From a bacterium (lineage in GTDB: Bacteria > SAR324 > NAC60-12): DNA of 36,893 nucleotides. The position numbers and the translations under genes were made by a program. Shown here piece after piece: positions 1 through 9,388 of the stretch (its first letter is position 1; each line of letters opens with the position of its first letter). Under the pieces are notes generated by a model. It saw only the letters and a list, made by a program, of their open reading frames with translations, was not told the origin of the DNA and did not search any database. Where the stretch lies: the NCBI GenBank assembly GCA_965233585.1, contig CBDDTI010000401.1, positions 1 through 36,893 on the forward strand, in the 5' to 3' direction.

Positions 1-1502
1 CAGTATATCCTTATGTTAATAAGACAGCCCAGTGGATTTGGCGGGAAAAAAAATTTCAAAATCGTAGCTCCCTATGAATTTTTGATCATCAACCCTTCAA
101 AGTCGCTGGTTTTGAGAGCAAAGAACAGCTACTTAGCTCGGAAATGAAAGAGTGTCAACGTGGCCAACGTGGCGATCATCAACCCCTTCAAAGTCGCTGG
201 TTTTGAGAGCAAAGAACGGCTACGTAGCCCTGAAATTAAAGAAGATGGCATACGGTTCAAGATGGATCCTCCAAGAAAATACAAAAACTACAACGTTTTT
301 ACGCTGATTCGGAAACTCAACACGGTCGCCGGGTCGCCTAAAAAAATGGACAAGAAAAAGACTACGTTTTTACGCTGATTTGGAAACTCAACACAGTTTT
401 AAGAGCTTTGTTAAGAGCTTTACAGCTTTAGATCGTTGAAAGTGAGGCCAACGTGAACGGGGTCAGGACCTGAGATGACAACTTCATTCAAAAAATCACT
501 ATGTACGGCTTTAGATCGTTGAAAGTGAGGCCAACGTGAACGTGAACGGGGTCGGTACCTGAGACGACAACTCTCTCTCTCTTCATTCAAATTTCACTAG
601 CGTTGGTCGCTAAAAAACGGAAACTACTACGTACAGCTTTAAGTCTATTGTTGAAAGTGAGGCCAAAGACTCGTGAACTGGGAAGTGAGCGTTGCTATTA
701 CACATGATTAGCAAACCAAGACAAGAACAACTCCCAGAAGAGACTGTTAGACTTCTTACCCTCTTTGATTTTTGATTTCCCACCTATATACATGAAGTGT
801 TTATTGTCTAAAAATATATTTGTACAAAGTTTTCTCTAAAACACGAGTTTATAACTTTATATATCAATTCACGTCGTAAATAGCCTTCATTTCCCCTGAG
901 AACAAAAAGTAAACGAAACGAAACTTCTTCAATTTCCAAGCTAGTAGGCGTTGCTTGCTCTCAAAAAAAAACCAGCTCTGAAGTGGTTGATCGCCACGTT
1001 GTGAGAGGAAATTGAACTCTCTGAAGAAAGGTAGTTCAGGCAGTAGTAGTCGCTTTTGGGGTTGTTGGCCTCGTAGGGGTCGATGACGAACAGTCCGGAT
1101 CTCCGGAAATGAGTAGCGTGGCCCTGGCCGTGGCCGTTCACTCAGCCGTGGCCGTAGTAGTTGTTTTGGGGTTGTTGGCTTCAGAAGAGTCGATGACGAA
1201 CAGTCCGAATTTCCGGACCCGAATTTTGAATTTTTGTGGCCATCCTCTCTTCCAAGTTGCTTGGCCATCTCCTCTCTGAAGTCGCGTGGCCGTCCTCTCT
1301 TCCAAGATAGAGAGGTAGTTGAACTCTCTGAAGAAAGGCTAGGTCACAGTAGTTGTCGTTTTTGGGGTTGCTGGCCTCAGAAGAGTCAACGATCTCCAGA
1401 AATGAGTAGCGACCTAGGACTTGTAAGATTGGAATTTTTTTCGCCTTCGAACTTTCAAAATTTTTTTGGATTTTTTTGGAGGATGCAGCACAGAGTATTA
1501 TT
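1..1502. repeat. Host composite interspersed repeat into which the Polinton left end is inserted
   Basis: ~700-970 is an inverted match to ~34745-35030. ~920-1502 is an inverted match to ~29013-29570. 85-255 contains monomers of the 99-bp repeat at 31342-31817. No credible protein. Confidence 0.75.
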
Positions 1503-2038
1503 GGATGACGGGAGCGTGATTTTAGATGTTTTCGGCCCGAATTCATCTAAAAAAATCTAAATGCGTTCTAAATTCATCTAAATTCATCTAAATGCGTTCT
1601 CGTTGCAAGCAAAACGTCAACTGATTCAATCTAAAAGCATCTAAATGCACACCGATTTCTGGTGCGTGCACCAAAAGTTTGGTGCCTGCATTGCTGTGTC
1701 TAATGCTGGCATGAAAAATTTGGTGCGTGCACGAAAAGTTTGGTGCCTGCATTGCTTCGTCTAATGCTGGCATGAAAAGTTTGGTGCGTGCATGAAAAGT
1801 TTGGTGCCTGCATTGCTTTGTCTAATGCTGGCATGAGAAGTTTGGTGCGTGCATGAAAAGTTTGGTGCCTGCATTGCTCTGTCTAATGCAGGCATGAAAA
1901 AGTTGGTGCACGCACTAAAAATTTCATGCATGCATCAAAATTTTACTTGTCTGCATTACTTTTTCTGGTGCCGGGATCTCAATTTTGACGCTGGCGTGAA
2001 ATTTTAGATCCAGGCACCAGAATGTCAGCGGTCCATAG
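1503..2038 (+). repeat. Left terminal inverted repeat (536 bp)
   Basis: GGATGAC...GGTCCATAG is the reverse complement of 22158-22875. Contains 10-bp ATTCATCTAA repeats and four 61-bp units (TCTAATGC at 1699, 1760, 1821, 1882). Confidence 0.93.
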
Positions 2039-2561
2039 TTGAGTAAATTGGAGAAAAGAAGCAGAGCTTTTTTCTTTTTTACCATAACTGGTGTTGCAAT
2101 GTCGCAATGTTCTTCTTCATTCTGTGTAAATTTTCTTGCTGTAATGGTACCAGTGAACGAGCGATTTTTATCAATAATTTAATGCGATTTTTATCAATAA
2201 TTTAATCAATTGTGTTTTTGTTTTTAGCACAAAAAGGTTTTATATAAATTTGATTTCTCGAAAAAAGTTGTATGGTTCCTTGGTATTTTTTACCATGCAA
2301 TTTTAATTTTTTCCAAAAATAACTTTTGAACTGACCGCGATTTTTTCTGGTGTTTTCTAGATAATATTTTTGCGCAAAGCAGATGTTTCCTTCTTTTGTT
2401 CTTTTATAAATTCTTCCCATTTCTAGAACATTCCTATCATTTAGAAACAATTAGGATTGGTGGTATTTTGTAAAATAATTTTTTAATTTTTGACAAAATA
2501 AATTTTTCAACCTGTCCGCAATTTTTTCTAGGGTTTTCTAGAAAGTTCCTTTGTAATAAGG

Positions 2562-2592
2562 TATATAAGCAGCCTGAACATCACATTTCATT
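2562..2592 (+). promoter_or_regulatory. Putative TATA box plus initiator for ORF 2630
   Basis: TATATAA at 2562-2568 and TCATT at 2588-2592 (canonical ~28 nt spacing), ~40 nt upstream of ATG 2630. Confidence 0.55.
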
Positions 2593-2629
2593 GCATTTCA
2601 AATCCATCGCTTGAAAAATCAACATCATC

Positions 2630-3241
2630 ATGACTGACGAAACAGGAATTAGAGACATGACTGGTTATAGATCCATCATTCCTCCATTCCCAGAAACCCA
2701 GATGACCGAGTCCTGGATGAAAAACGATAGTCAGATGACAATAGCAAATTCTTCACCCGTTACAAACGATGAATCGGAAATTAGTGACACGAGTGGTTAT
2801 AAAACAATCATCCCTCCATTTCCTGAAACTCAGCCGACCGATGCCTGGATTGCCGATGAAAATCAACCAAAAATAGAAACTTCAAATCCATTGTCTTACA
2901 CCGTACCAAACTGTTTTAATTGGTCACCGTTGACGCACCAAAGGTCCTACCATGTTAAAAGCATCTTAGAGAATTTGATGGCAAACGTCTCTTACCTCGT
3001 TTTTGAGCTCGAAAAACTAAAGTTGAGTTTTCCTATTGATATGACTCGTGAAGATGCTCACAAAGAAGAAAAGTTATTGGAGAGATCGATTGAAAAATTT
3101 CGACAAATGGCTAGACAGGCGAGAAAATTAAAGAGGGAAATTATGGGTATGTTAGAAGATGGGGTGTATGTTAACCCACAAAATTACAACCGCTCCAAAT
3201 ACTCCGCGGCCGCTTCTCTTGAATTTGAAATACAAGAATGA
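2630..3241 (+). CDS. Hypothetical protein (203 aa) with duplicated N-terminal motif and helical C-terminus
   Basis: Open ORF behind TATA/Inr. Internal repeat GYRSIIPPFPETQxTxxW / GYKTIIPPFPETQxTxxW. Confidence 0.7.
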   Translation: MTDETGIRDMTGYRSIIPPFPETQMTESWMKNDSQMTIANSSPVTNDESEISDTSGYKTIIPPFPETQPTDAWIADENQPKIETSNPLSYTVPNCFNWSPLTHQRSYHVKSILENLMANVSYLVFELEKLKLSFPIDMTREDAHKEEKLLERSIEKFRQMARQARKLKREIMGMLEDGVYVNPQNYNRSKYSAAASLEFEIQE

Positions 3242-3492
3242 GTTCCCCGCGCGAAGACAATTATCAAGTGGCAGACGTGTCAAACGTTACCGCCGCCCCC
3301 AACATCACAACGAACGCTATTAACAAGATTGTAATTAACACCTTGGATAAACTCCTATCGTCGTCAGATAATACAAGAACCTCAACCCCATTTATTATAA
3401 TGGCATTAATTTTTTTCTTGCTCTTTTCAACCGTAGGAGCATTCTACGCCGCTTGGTCAGAATCAGACAAATCAGAAAATGATAATGTTTAA
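3238..3492 (+). CDS. Small single-pass membrane protein (84 aa)
   Basis: ATGA overlap with the upstream ORF. Hydrophobic stretch FIIMALIFFLLFSTVGAFYAAW. Confidence 0.6.
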   Translation: MSSPREDNYQVADVSNVTAAPNITTNAINKIVINTLDKLLSSSDNTRTSTPFIIMALIFFLLFSTVGAFYAAWSESDKSENDNV

Positions 3493-3559
3493 TCGCGTTT
3501 AAACTAGAAATACACATCAAAATTTTATTTTAATGTGCTCAAATACAGATCATGTTTTT

Positions 3560-5152
3560 TTATTTAGGGTTTTGTATGGCTAGATTCATCATGATTTTTT
3601 CATTTGTTTCAAAATTAATCAATTCTCCGTCAAGTCTTTTTAACTGAAAATGCAACAAATCCAGTCGACTTGTATTACACTTTATGTATTCCAAATTTTC
3701 AAAATGCGTCGTCACATAATTGTCTTGTTCCTCGGCTCTATTAATTGGTATAACTTTTAATACAGGGTAAAACTCGTCTCCAATTACCGAGTGATTGACG
3801 AAATTGGCATAGCAGATCATCACTCCCGGATATAGATAGTGCGGATCTAGACGTTCGTCACTTATAAATTGATTACTTTCATCCGCCAAAACAATGTCAT
3901 CATCTTGACTTATTCCTAGCAATAATCTTATTTCATGCGGCACTCTTATCCTTACTACCAAGGAGCGATTGAATTGATTGCCGACCCGTTTTACTTTAAA
4001 ACGGTCTTTATGCGCGGAAATTTGAATGAGACTTTGTAAATCTTTGCTCATACCATTATACATGGCCTCGATTAATTCATCCGTTGTTTTGATAAACCTC
4101 TTCTCAATGCAAAAGCAAAATCGCATTGTTTCAATCATTACCCTGATTTTCACAGGTGGAAATGTTTCTGTTGGGTCAGGATTTTGCATTGGCTGTTGCG
4201 ATATAAATTCTTTTTTCTCCGGTCCCATAACAATATATTCTTCTTTGATTCCCAAAATGTTTTTAAATTCGGGCGGTATCAGCACTTTTACCTCAGGTGA
4301 TTTAAATTCGGCATCGTACGTCGTCGGTCCGGTGTAAATTACTCGAAAAAACATATCGGCCGATTCTTTTGTTTTCTCCGTTTGCCCAAATTCAACAAAA
4401 TTACGTACTACGCTGTCTCTTCCGTCGTTTAAGCAATTTAATAAATAAGCAATTGTTTTCCGCTGATCAAGTTTGACCTCGATTTCTTGCTTGAACGGGT
4501 CTGTACTTACTTTAATTTTCTTATCAAAAACGCTTAACGGAACGCTGTTAACACGATTTGGAAAGGAGATGTCGGCTAAGGCTATTTTAGCTCCTTCGTT
4601 TAAATAAATGGGATGGCTCAAATGTACCTCGAAATTGTTGTTTTTCTGCGCGGGTTTTATGTTGTCGCCCATTTTTGAGTCGACGCGAATGTGCTTTGTC
4701 AAATATGTCATCGCTCGTTTTGTTTTTCGCAAATGAAGTAAAACTAGACTCGGCTGACCCGATTTTAGTTTTAGAAGTTTGTCGGATGCGTCTAAAAACT
4801 CAATGCCCACTGATTTTATTGAAGTGTTTTGAATAGGATAATATCGTATGTTGTTTAAAGTATGGTAGAAATATTTCCGTTTTTTGCTTGAAGGCAAGTC
4901 GGCCACGCATAAGATGTGAGAATTCTCGTTTGAGCTTGTAGACACAATGTTGGATTTAACCTGCACCACGTCAAAAACAAAATCTTGTTTCACGTTTAAA
5001 TGCAGACCAAAAGCTACAACCCCAACTTCCCAATCTCTTCTTTTGTTTAATTCTAAATTTTTCGGTAAAAAATTGTTAAAACGCGTTAGCGTGTTTACGT
5101 AACAATCAGTGCTTGCGTTTGAAATGCAATATATAAGATGTCCTCCTTTCAT
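3560..5152 (-). CDS. Minor capsid (penton-like) protein, apparently two fused units
   Basis: N-terminal SNxSxxxYxNTxxxFxxxLPxxLxL..WEVG motif and C-terminal YxNxVxxSxIGD..PVLKxIP..FENLEY..GELINF motif typical of Polinton pentons. Lies next to the integrase. Confidence 0.8.
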   Translation of the reverse strand: MKGGHLIYCISNASTDCYVNTLTRFNNFLPKNLELNKRRDWEVGVVAFGLHLNVKQDFVFDVVQVKSNIVSTSSNENSHILCVADLPSSKKRKYFYHTLNNIRYYPIQNTSIKSVGIEFLDASDKLLKLKSGQPSLVLLHLRKTKRAMTYLTKHIRVDSKMGDNIKPAQKNNNFEVHLSHPIYLNEGAKIALADISFPNRVNSVPLSVFDKKIKVSTDPFKQEIEVKLDQRKTIAYLLNCLNDGRDSVVRNFVEFGQTEKTKESADMFFRVIYTGPTTYDAEFKSPEVKVLIPPEFKNILGIKEEYIVMGPEKKEFISQQPMQNPDPTETFPPVKIRVMIETMRFCFCIEKRFIKTTDELIEAMYNGMSKDLQSLIQISAHKDRFKVKRVGNQFNRSLVVRIRVPHEIRLLLGISQDDDIVLADESNQFISDERLDPHYLYPGVMICYANFVNHSVIGDEFYPVLKVIPINRAEEQDNYVTTHFENLEYIKCNTSRLDLLHFQLKRLDGELINFETNEKIMMNLAIQNPK

Positions 5153-5157
5153 ACTTG

Positions 5158-6237
5158 TTACGCCCGATTAATAACGCTATCTTCCGCAATCCAGCTAAGG
5201 TTTTTATAGCCTTTCCACTTCACCAACACCAACTTCTGCCCGGTTCTTTTATCTTTCTTCCTTCTCACAATTTTTTCAATGTGAAATAATTTCGGCGGCT
5301 TGGCCAGAGTCAGCTCATTAGCATAAAAATTTCCCTCCACCGTCTCGTCACCGTCCAGAGTTTCCAGCTCGTATGTAGGTATGGGTAATCGCGTAAACAC
5401 CCGTTTGATCTTGTAAATTTCTTCAGTAAATTGCTTATTGTAACCTCTGTCAAATTGAGCTCTGTAGTTACTTATTCTGACCGTCTGGCCTTTCTTAAAT
5501 TTAGGCGGTCGCCTCTTTATTTTCGCATAAGCCTCTTCTTGTTTCATTCGGACTTTGGGAGCGTTTTTTGCTTTTTCCGCATCAGCTGGACTCATACCGA
5601 TCATTCTATGTACGCGCGAGTTATACGTCTTTACTAAAGATTGAAGCACGTGGATAAATCGATCCGTACCCCTAGATGTCATATATTTAAACATTAGACT
5701 TTTTAGAGATCTGTTAAATCTTTCCACAAACGGCGCGTGCACAAAGTTGTCGCTGTGTAAAAGAGTAATGCCTTTACGTCGACAGTAGTCTTTAAAAAAT
5801 TTATTTTTGATCTCTAACCCTCTATCAGCTAGAATTTTTCGAGGCGGCTGGCCAGCCTTATTGACAATGGTTTTGAATCCTTGTAAAAAAACCAAAGCTG
5901 TCTTGTTTTTTATGGGTTCAACAAAGGCATATCTCGAAAAAATGTCGATCGCTGTCAGCAAGTAACGATAATTGTCATTCGCGTTTGCCATTTTCCCAAT
6001 TTCAACCAAGTCTATTTGGAATTGATATCTTTTGTAATAAACATAGGTTGGGTTCCTAGGTTTTGGAGCCTTAGGTTGTCGGTGCAGAGTATAGGTGTCC
6101 GACGCCTGCAGCCATTTCTTTATTTTATTTATGGGTATGGTCCCGTTAAAATGATTAAAAACGCGGTTCGGCGATGAAAAAGCAAAAGGCGAGCCGGGCG
6201 AAGTGTAAGCTTTTAAAAATTCGCGTTTAGTAATCAT
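5158..6237 (-). CDS. int: RVE (DDE) integrase with C-terminal chromodomain
   Basis: YTLH, FQIDL, LTAIDIFSRY, ADRG and VERFNRSLK motifs; chromodomain FHIEKI..LVKWKGY..SWI. ATG 6237 is preferred over the upstream TTG at 6267. Confidence 0.95.
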   Translation of the reverse strand: MITKREFLKAYTSPGSPFAFSSPNRVFNHFNGTIPINKIKKWLQASDTYTLHRQPKAPKPRNPTYVYYKRYQFQIDLVEIGKMANANDNYRYLLTAIDIFSRYAFVEPIKNKTALVFLQGFKTIVNKAGQPPRKILADRGLEIKNKFFKDYCRRKGITLLHSDNFVHAPFVERFNRSLKSLMFKYMTSRGTDRFIHVLQSLVKTYNSRVHRMIGMSPADAEKAKNAPKVRMKQEEAYAKIKRRPPKFKKGQTVRISNYRAQFDRGYNKQFTEEIYKIKRVFTRLPIPTYELETLDGDETVEGNFYANELTLAKPPKLFHIEKIVRRKKDKRTGQKLVLVKWKGYKNLSWIAEDSVINRA

Positions 6238-6655
6238 CCTCGTCGTCGTCGTTGTCGTCCTCAACATAAAACAGCGGTTTTTGTTTTGTTTTTCTTCTCT
6301 TACCGCTTCCTACCGCATGCGTGCTATTTTTTCTCTTGACCGGTCTCTTGGACGCCTGTGCAGGCCTACTCGCCTTACCAGCCAGTAAGATGTTTCTAGT
6401 CGCGGATTTTAATCTCTTTTTCGCAGCGGCTCCAACTGCTTTGCCGTCCAAGGCTTCCAGTGCGGTGTCAATGGCCGCTCGTCCCGCCTCTTTTTTCAAA
6501 TATCGTCCCGCGGATCTGACACCCTCGCTTCTCGCAATTTTACCGATTGTCTTTGCGGCGCCCTTCGCCACCGGAACCAACGACCGGAAAAGACTGCTAA
6601 AAATTGAACCTAATCCCGCCCCAGCTTGCACAGACGGACCACGGTGGTATCGCAT
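6227..6655 (-). CDS. Small basic core-like protein (pVII-like) with acidic tail
   Basis: QAGAGLGSIFSSLFRSLVP matches the QxGxGLGxxFxxL motif of Polinton core proteins. K/R/A-rich. Confidence 0.75.
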   Translation of the reverse strand: MRYHRGPSVQAGAGLGSIFSSLFRSLVPVAKGAAKTIGKIARSEGVRSAGRYLKKEAGRAAIDTALEALDGKAVGAAAKKRLKSATRNILLAGKASRPAQASKRPVKRKNSTHAVGSGKRRKTKQKPLFYVEDDNDDDEDDY

Positions 6656-6661
6656 ACTTTA

Positions 6662-7381
6662 TCAATTTTCAATTTTTTTGACGCACCTGCTTAAGGCCAT
6701 CGGACTAACGCCTAATTGCTCGGCTAAACGCGATAAGCTTTTCGGCTTTTCCTGATCAACCCTACTCCGTTGTTCTCTTAAAAAGACGTGCGCGCATGCC
6801 GCGATTAGTGTTTTTGGCGAAAAAACAAACTTTTTTTCGTGTTGCTTTACTTTCTCTCTAATTTCCTTCAACTCCTTGTAGCTTAGATTTAAAGAGTGAA
6901 GAAAATATTCGCACATTAAATTTGGGCTGTAGAAAGAGTCGTCGTTTTTAAGATATTGCCACACTTTGTCCTGCTTGACGCCGGTTATGGCACATAAATC
7001 TTTCATCGGTCGCGGCACCCCCGACTCTATAAGCGCGGTGTAGATGCACATTACCGCTAAACTTTCTAAACAAACACCTCTTTTCCCTCTTTTCCCGCTA
7101 GCGTCCCATTTTTTGGCGATGACGCGTTTTAAATCCGCGCATTCGATATTGCACTTATAGCATACCCTTTGCATTGTCTCATCAGTAAAATTGTTTTTGT
7201 CGCAAGTCACATCCTCGCTCATTTTCTCCGTTTTAATCGATTCGAGCCGATAGTCATACGGGGCATATAGCCGATCATGCATCACGAGCCCGCAATCTGT
7301 ACATACTTCACACCCGTTTGAAAAATCATCCACAATATTGTAATGAGAACAAGTCCTGTTGAAATTATGAAAACGAGGCAT
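6662..7381 (-). CDS. TFIIB: TFIIB-like general transcription factor (239 aa)
   Basis: Zn ribbon CSH..VDD..G.EVCTDCGLV. Cyclin repeat 1 AVMCIYTALIESGVPRPMKDL; repeat 2 SPKTLIAAC..SLSRLAEQLGVS. Confidence 0.88.
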   Translation of the reverse strand: MPRFHNFNRTCSHYNIVDDFSNGCEVCTDCGLVMHDRLYAPYDYRLESIKTEKMSEDVTCDKNNFTDETMQRVCYKCNIECADLKRVIAKKWDASGKRGKRGVCLESLAVMCIYTALIESGVPRPMKDLCAITGVKQDKVWQYLKNDDSFYSPNLMCEYFLHSLNLSYKELKEIREKVKQHEKKFVFSPKTLIAACAHVFLREQRSRVDQEKPKSLSRLAEQLGVSPMALSRCVKKIEN

Positions 7382-7424
7382 GTTTATTTCTCCGCACGCG
7401 CTGCAAAACTGAAACGCGAATCAA

Positions 7425-7985
7425 CTATCGATCGCTTTTATATTGTTTCAAAAAATCTATAATAAAGTCCAAACTATGTTTGACCGCATCTTCGGACTTG
7501 GCCCCGATGATTACCATCTTGCCTGTGGAAAATATTAAAACCGTGTTGGCTTCAAAAGTCACAAACATGCCTGGGAAACGTTCGGGATTGAAGCGTACTT
7601 TTTTCACGTAGCTCTCCTTCCGAAGTTTATTAAAAACGTCCGGCAGCGGTATCTCAAAGCCCGCACGAAAGGAACAAGTTAAATTGTTTATTTCCCATGT
7701 TTGCACAAAGAAACGATTGCTGATAATGTCCGTCAGCAGACTTAACGATATTTTTATATCCGCTCGCGATGGCACTTTGGTAATATTGACATGATATGAT
7801 TTGTTGTTTCCGCGGGTCTTGAAAATGGTGTAGACGTATTGTTTCCTCACTACCGTAAAATTACTAAAAACTTTTTGTGACACATCTTTATTTAAGGATA
7901 ACGGCCCCTCATCCGTAAGAATAATTGTGCAGCTAAGCTTTATATTTGTCACAGTGACGTGCTCCGTGTTGTCTAGAAATGTCAT
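7425..7985 (-). CDS. TBP: Divergent TATA-binding-protein-like protein (186 aa)
   Basis: C-terminal repeat INNLTCSF..FNPERFPGM..TVLIFSTGKMVIIGAKSE is clearly TBP-like. The N-terminal repeat is degenerate (VTNIKLSC..YTIF..HVNIT). Size matches the TBP core. Confidence 0.9.
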   Translation of the reverse strand: MTFLDNTEHVTVTNIKLSCTIILTDEGPLSLNKDVSQKVFSNFTVVRKQYVYTIFKTRGNNKSYHVNITKVPSRADIKISLSLLTDIISNRFFVQTWEINNLTCSFRAGFEIPLPDVFNKLRKESYVKKVRFNPERFPGMFVTFEANTVLIFSTGKMVIIGAKSEDAVKHSLDFIIDFLKQYKSDR

Positions 7986-9319
7986 CGTTGATTAATGGCG
8001 GTGTCGGCGGTTTAAATGTGGATTTCAATGAATTGCAGGGTGATAGTTTGAATGCGCATGCGACCCCCCTCGAAGACACGGATTTAATATCAGGTCGTAC
8101 TGTGCTATATAGTAGCGTGACTCCCGTCGAAGATTTAGAAGATGTTACGTTTTCAATTCCTTCCGACCCCGAATGCGCTTTTGTTTTAAATCAGACGAGG
8201 CTAGAGGGTTACTTTGTGGTAAAGACCGACAGCGGCGAGGGTGTAACAGACACTGACACGCCAACAATTACTAACCATTATTGCGCCGCATTATTCTCGC
8301 AAATTGAAGTCCACCTTAACGGAACTCAAATATGTGATTTGAGTGCCCCTCTTTCTTATTCGTACAAACACCACATTGACTTTCTCCTGTCCTATAACAA
8401 TAATGTATTAACAAATGTGGGACGGTCCGAAGGCTTTTGCCGAACGCACCACGACAAATGCTTTGACAATATTACCACGACCGGTAAAATGTGCCAATGC
8501 ATCGCGGAGAATCGTGCGAAAATAATAAACGACAAAAAAGTTTATTTTAGCTCAACTTTGCCCGCAGATATTTTTTACACCGACAAATATTTACCTCCGA
8601 ATGTGGAAATCACTGTTGTATTACGCAGGTTCAACCCATGTTTCGGGCTGCTTCAAGATAATCCGAACAAAGTCTATCGCATTCGTTTAAAGGAATTAAA
8701 ACTTCGCATGAGAAAAGTGTTACCGTGCGAGCGTGTGCGAAACAGGCTAAACGCCGAACTGCTAAAAGGTCGACCATTTTTTCTGCCTTTTAAAGACACG
8801 CAGATGAAGCATTATCTGATCCCGTCTGGTTCCCTTAGTTTCTCTGCAAATCACATCAACAATAGCGAGATGTTGCCGCAACAAATTATTTTCTGCATGC
8901 TTCGAAGCGACCTTTTTGCTAAGGGACCGAGCGATCAATTTCCCTTTAAATTTAAACACGCCGATTTAGCATCCGTCATTTTAAAAAACAATGGAAGACC
9001 CCTCTTGCCTAGACCTATAGAATGCAAGATACTTACAGGCGATTATATGGAATTGTACGACCATTTTCAAAGCAACGTCGGCGGCAGAAATTGTATTTCA
9101 CCCCAAGCTTTTACAGAGGGTCAGATGTTTCTCGCGTTCGACCTGACTCCGGATAAATGCCTATCCTTTCACAATCACGTCGGAGTGCCCGGAAATTTAG
9201 AACTAGACTTGACTTTTAACACCCCCACCAGATCCCCCTTAACCCTGATTTCTTACGCTATTTATAATGCTGCCATTTCCATCGACAGCAACCTTCAGGT
9301 TACCAAAATAAAATATTAA
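7979..9319 (+). CDS. Major capsid protein paralog 1 (double jelly-roll)
   Basis: Polinton MCP motifs LFSQIEVHLNG, DIFYTDKYLPPNV, LRMRKV, LPQQIIF, PFKFKH, AFDLTPD, GNLELDLTF. Confidence 0.88.
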   Translation: MSSLINGGVGGLNVDFNELQGDSLNAHATPLEDTDLISGRTVLYSSVTPVEDLEDVTFSIPSDPECAFVLNQTRLEGYFVVKTDSGEGVTDTDTPTITNHYCAALFSQIEVHLNGTQICDLSAPLSYSYKHHIDFLLSYNNNVLTNVGRSEGFCRTHHDKCFDNITTTGKMCQCIAENRAKIINDKKVYFSSTLPADIFYTDKYLPPNVEITVVLRRFNPCFGLLQDNPNKVYRIRLKELKLRMRKVLPCERVRNRLNAELLKGRPFFLPFKDTQMKHYLIPSGSLSFSANHINNSEMLPQQIIFCMLRSDLFAKGPSDQFPFKFKHADLASVILKNNGRPLLPRPIECKILTGDYMELYDHFQSNVGGRNCISPQAFTEGQMFLAFDLTPDKCLSFHNHVGVPGNLELDLTFNTPTRSPLTLISYAIYNAAISIDSNLQVTKIKY

Positions 9320-9388
9320 AATTGCACACCGCCGACTCCCTCTTTTTAAGAAGAACAGAAAACTACAGACTAGCATGCATTTTCGACA

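Noticed and set aside
1650..1930. CRISPR array (also considered for the 51-, 71- and 99-bp repeats)
   Set aside because: Head-to-tail repeats without unique spacers, no cas genes, eukaryotic context.
6662..7985. TBP/TFIIB as host genes or archaeal contamination
   Set aside because: They lie inside the TIRs, are tightly packed with viral genes and are far too diverged to be essential host factors.
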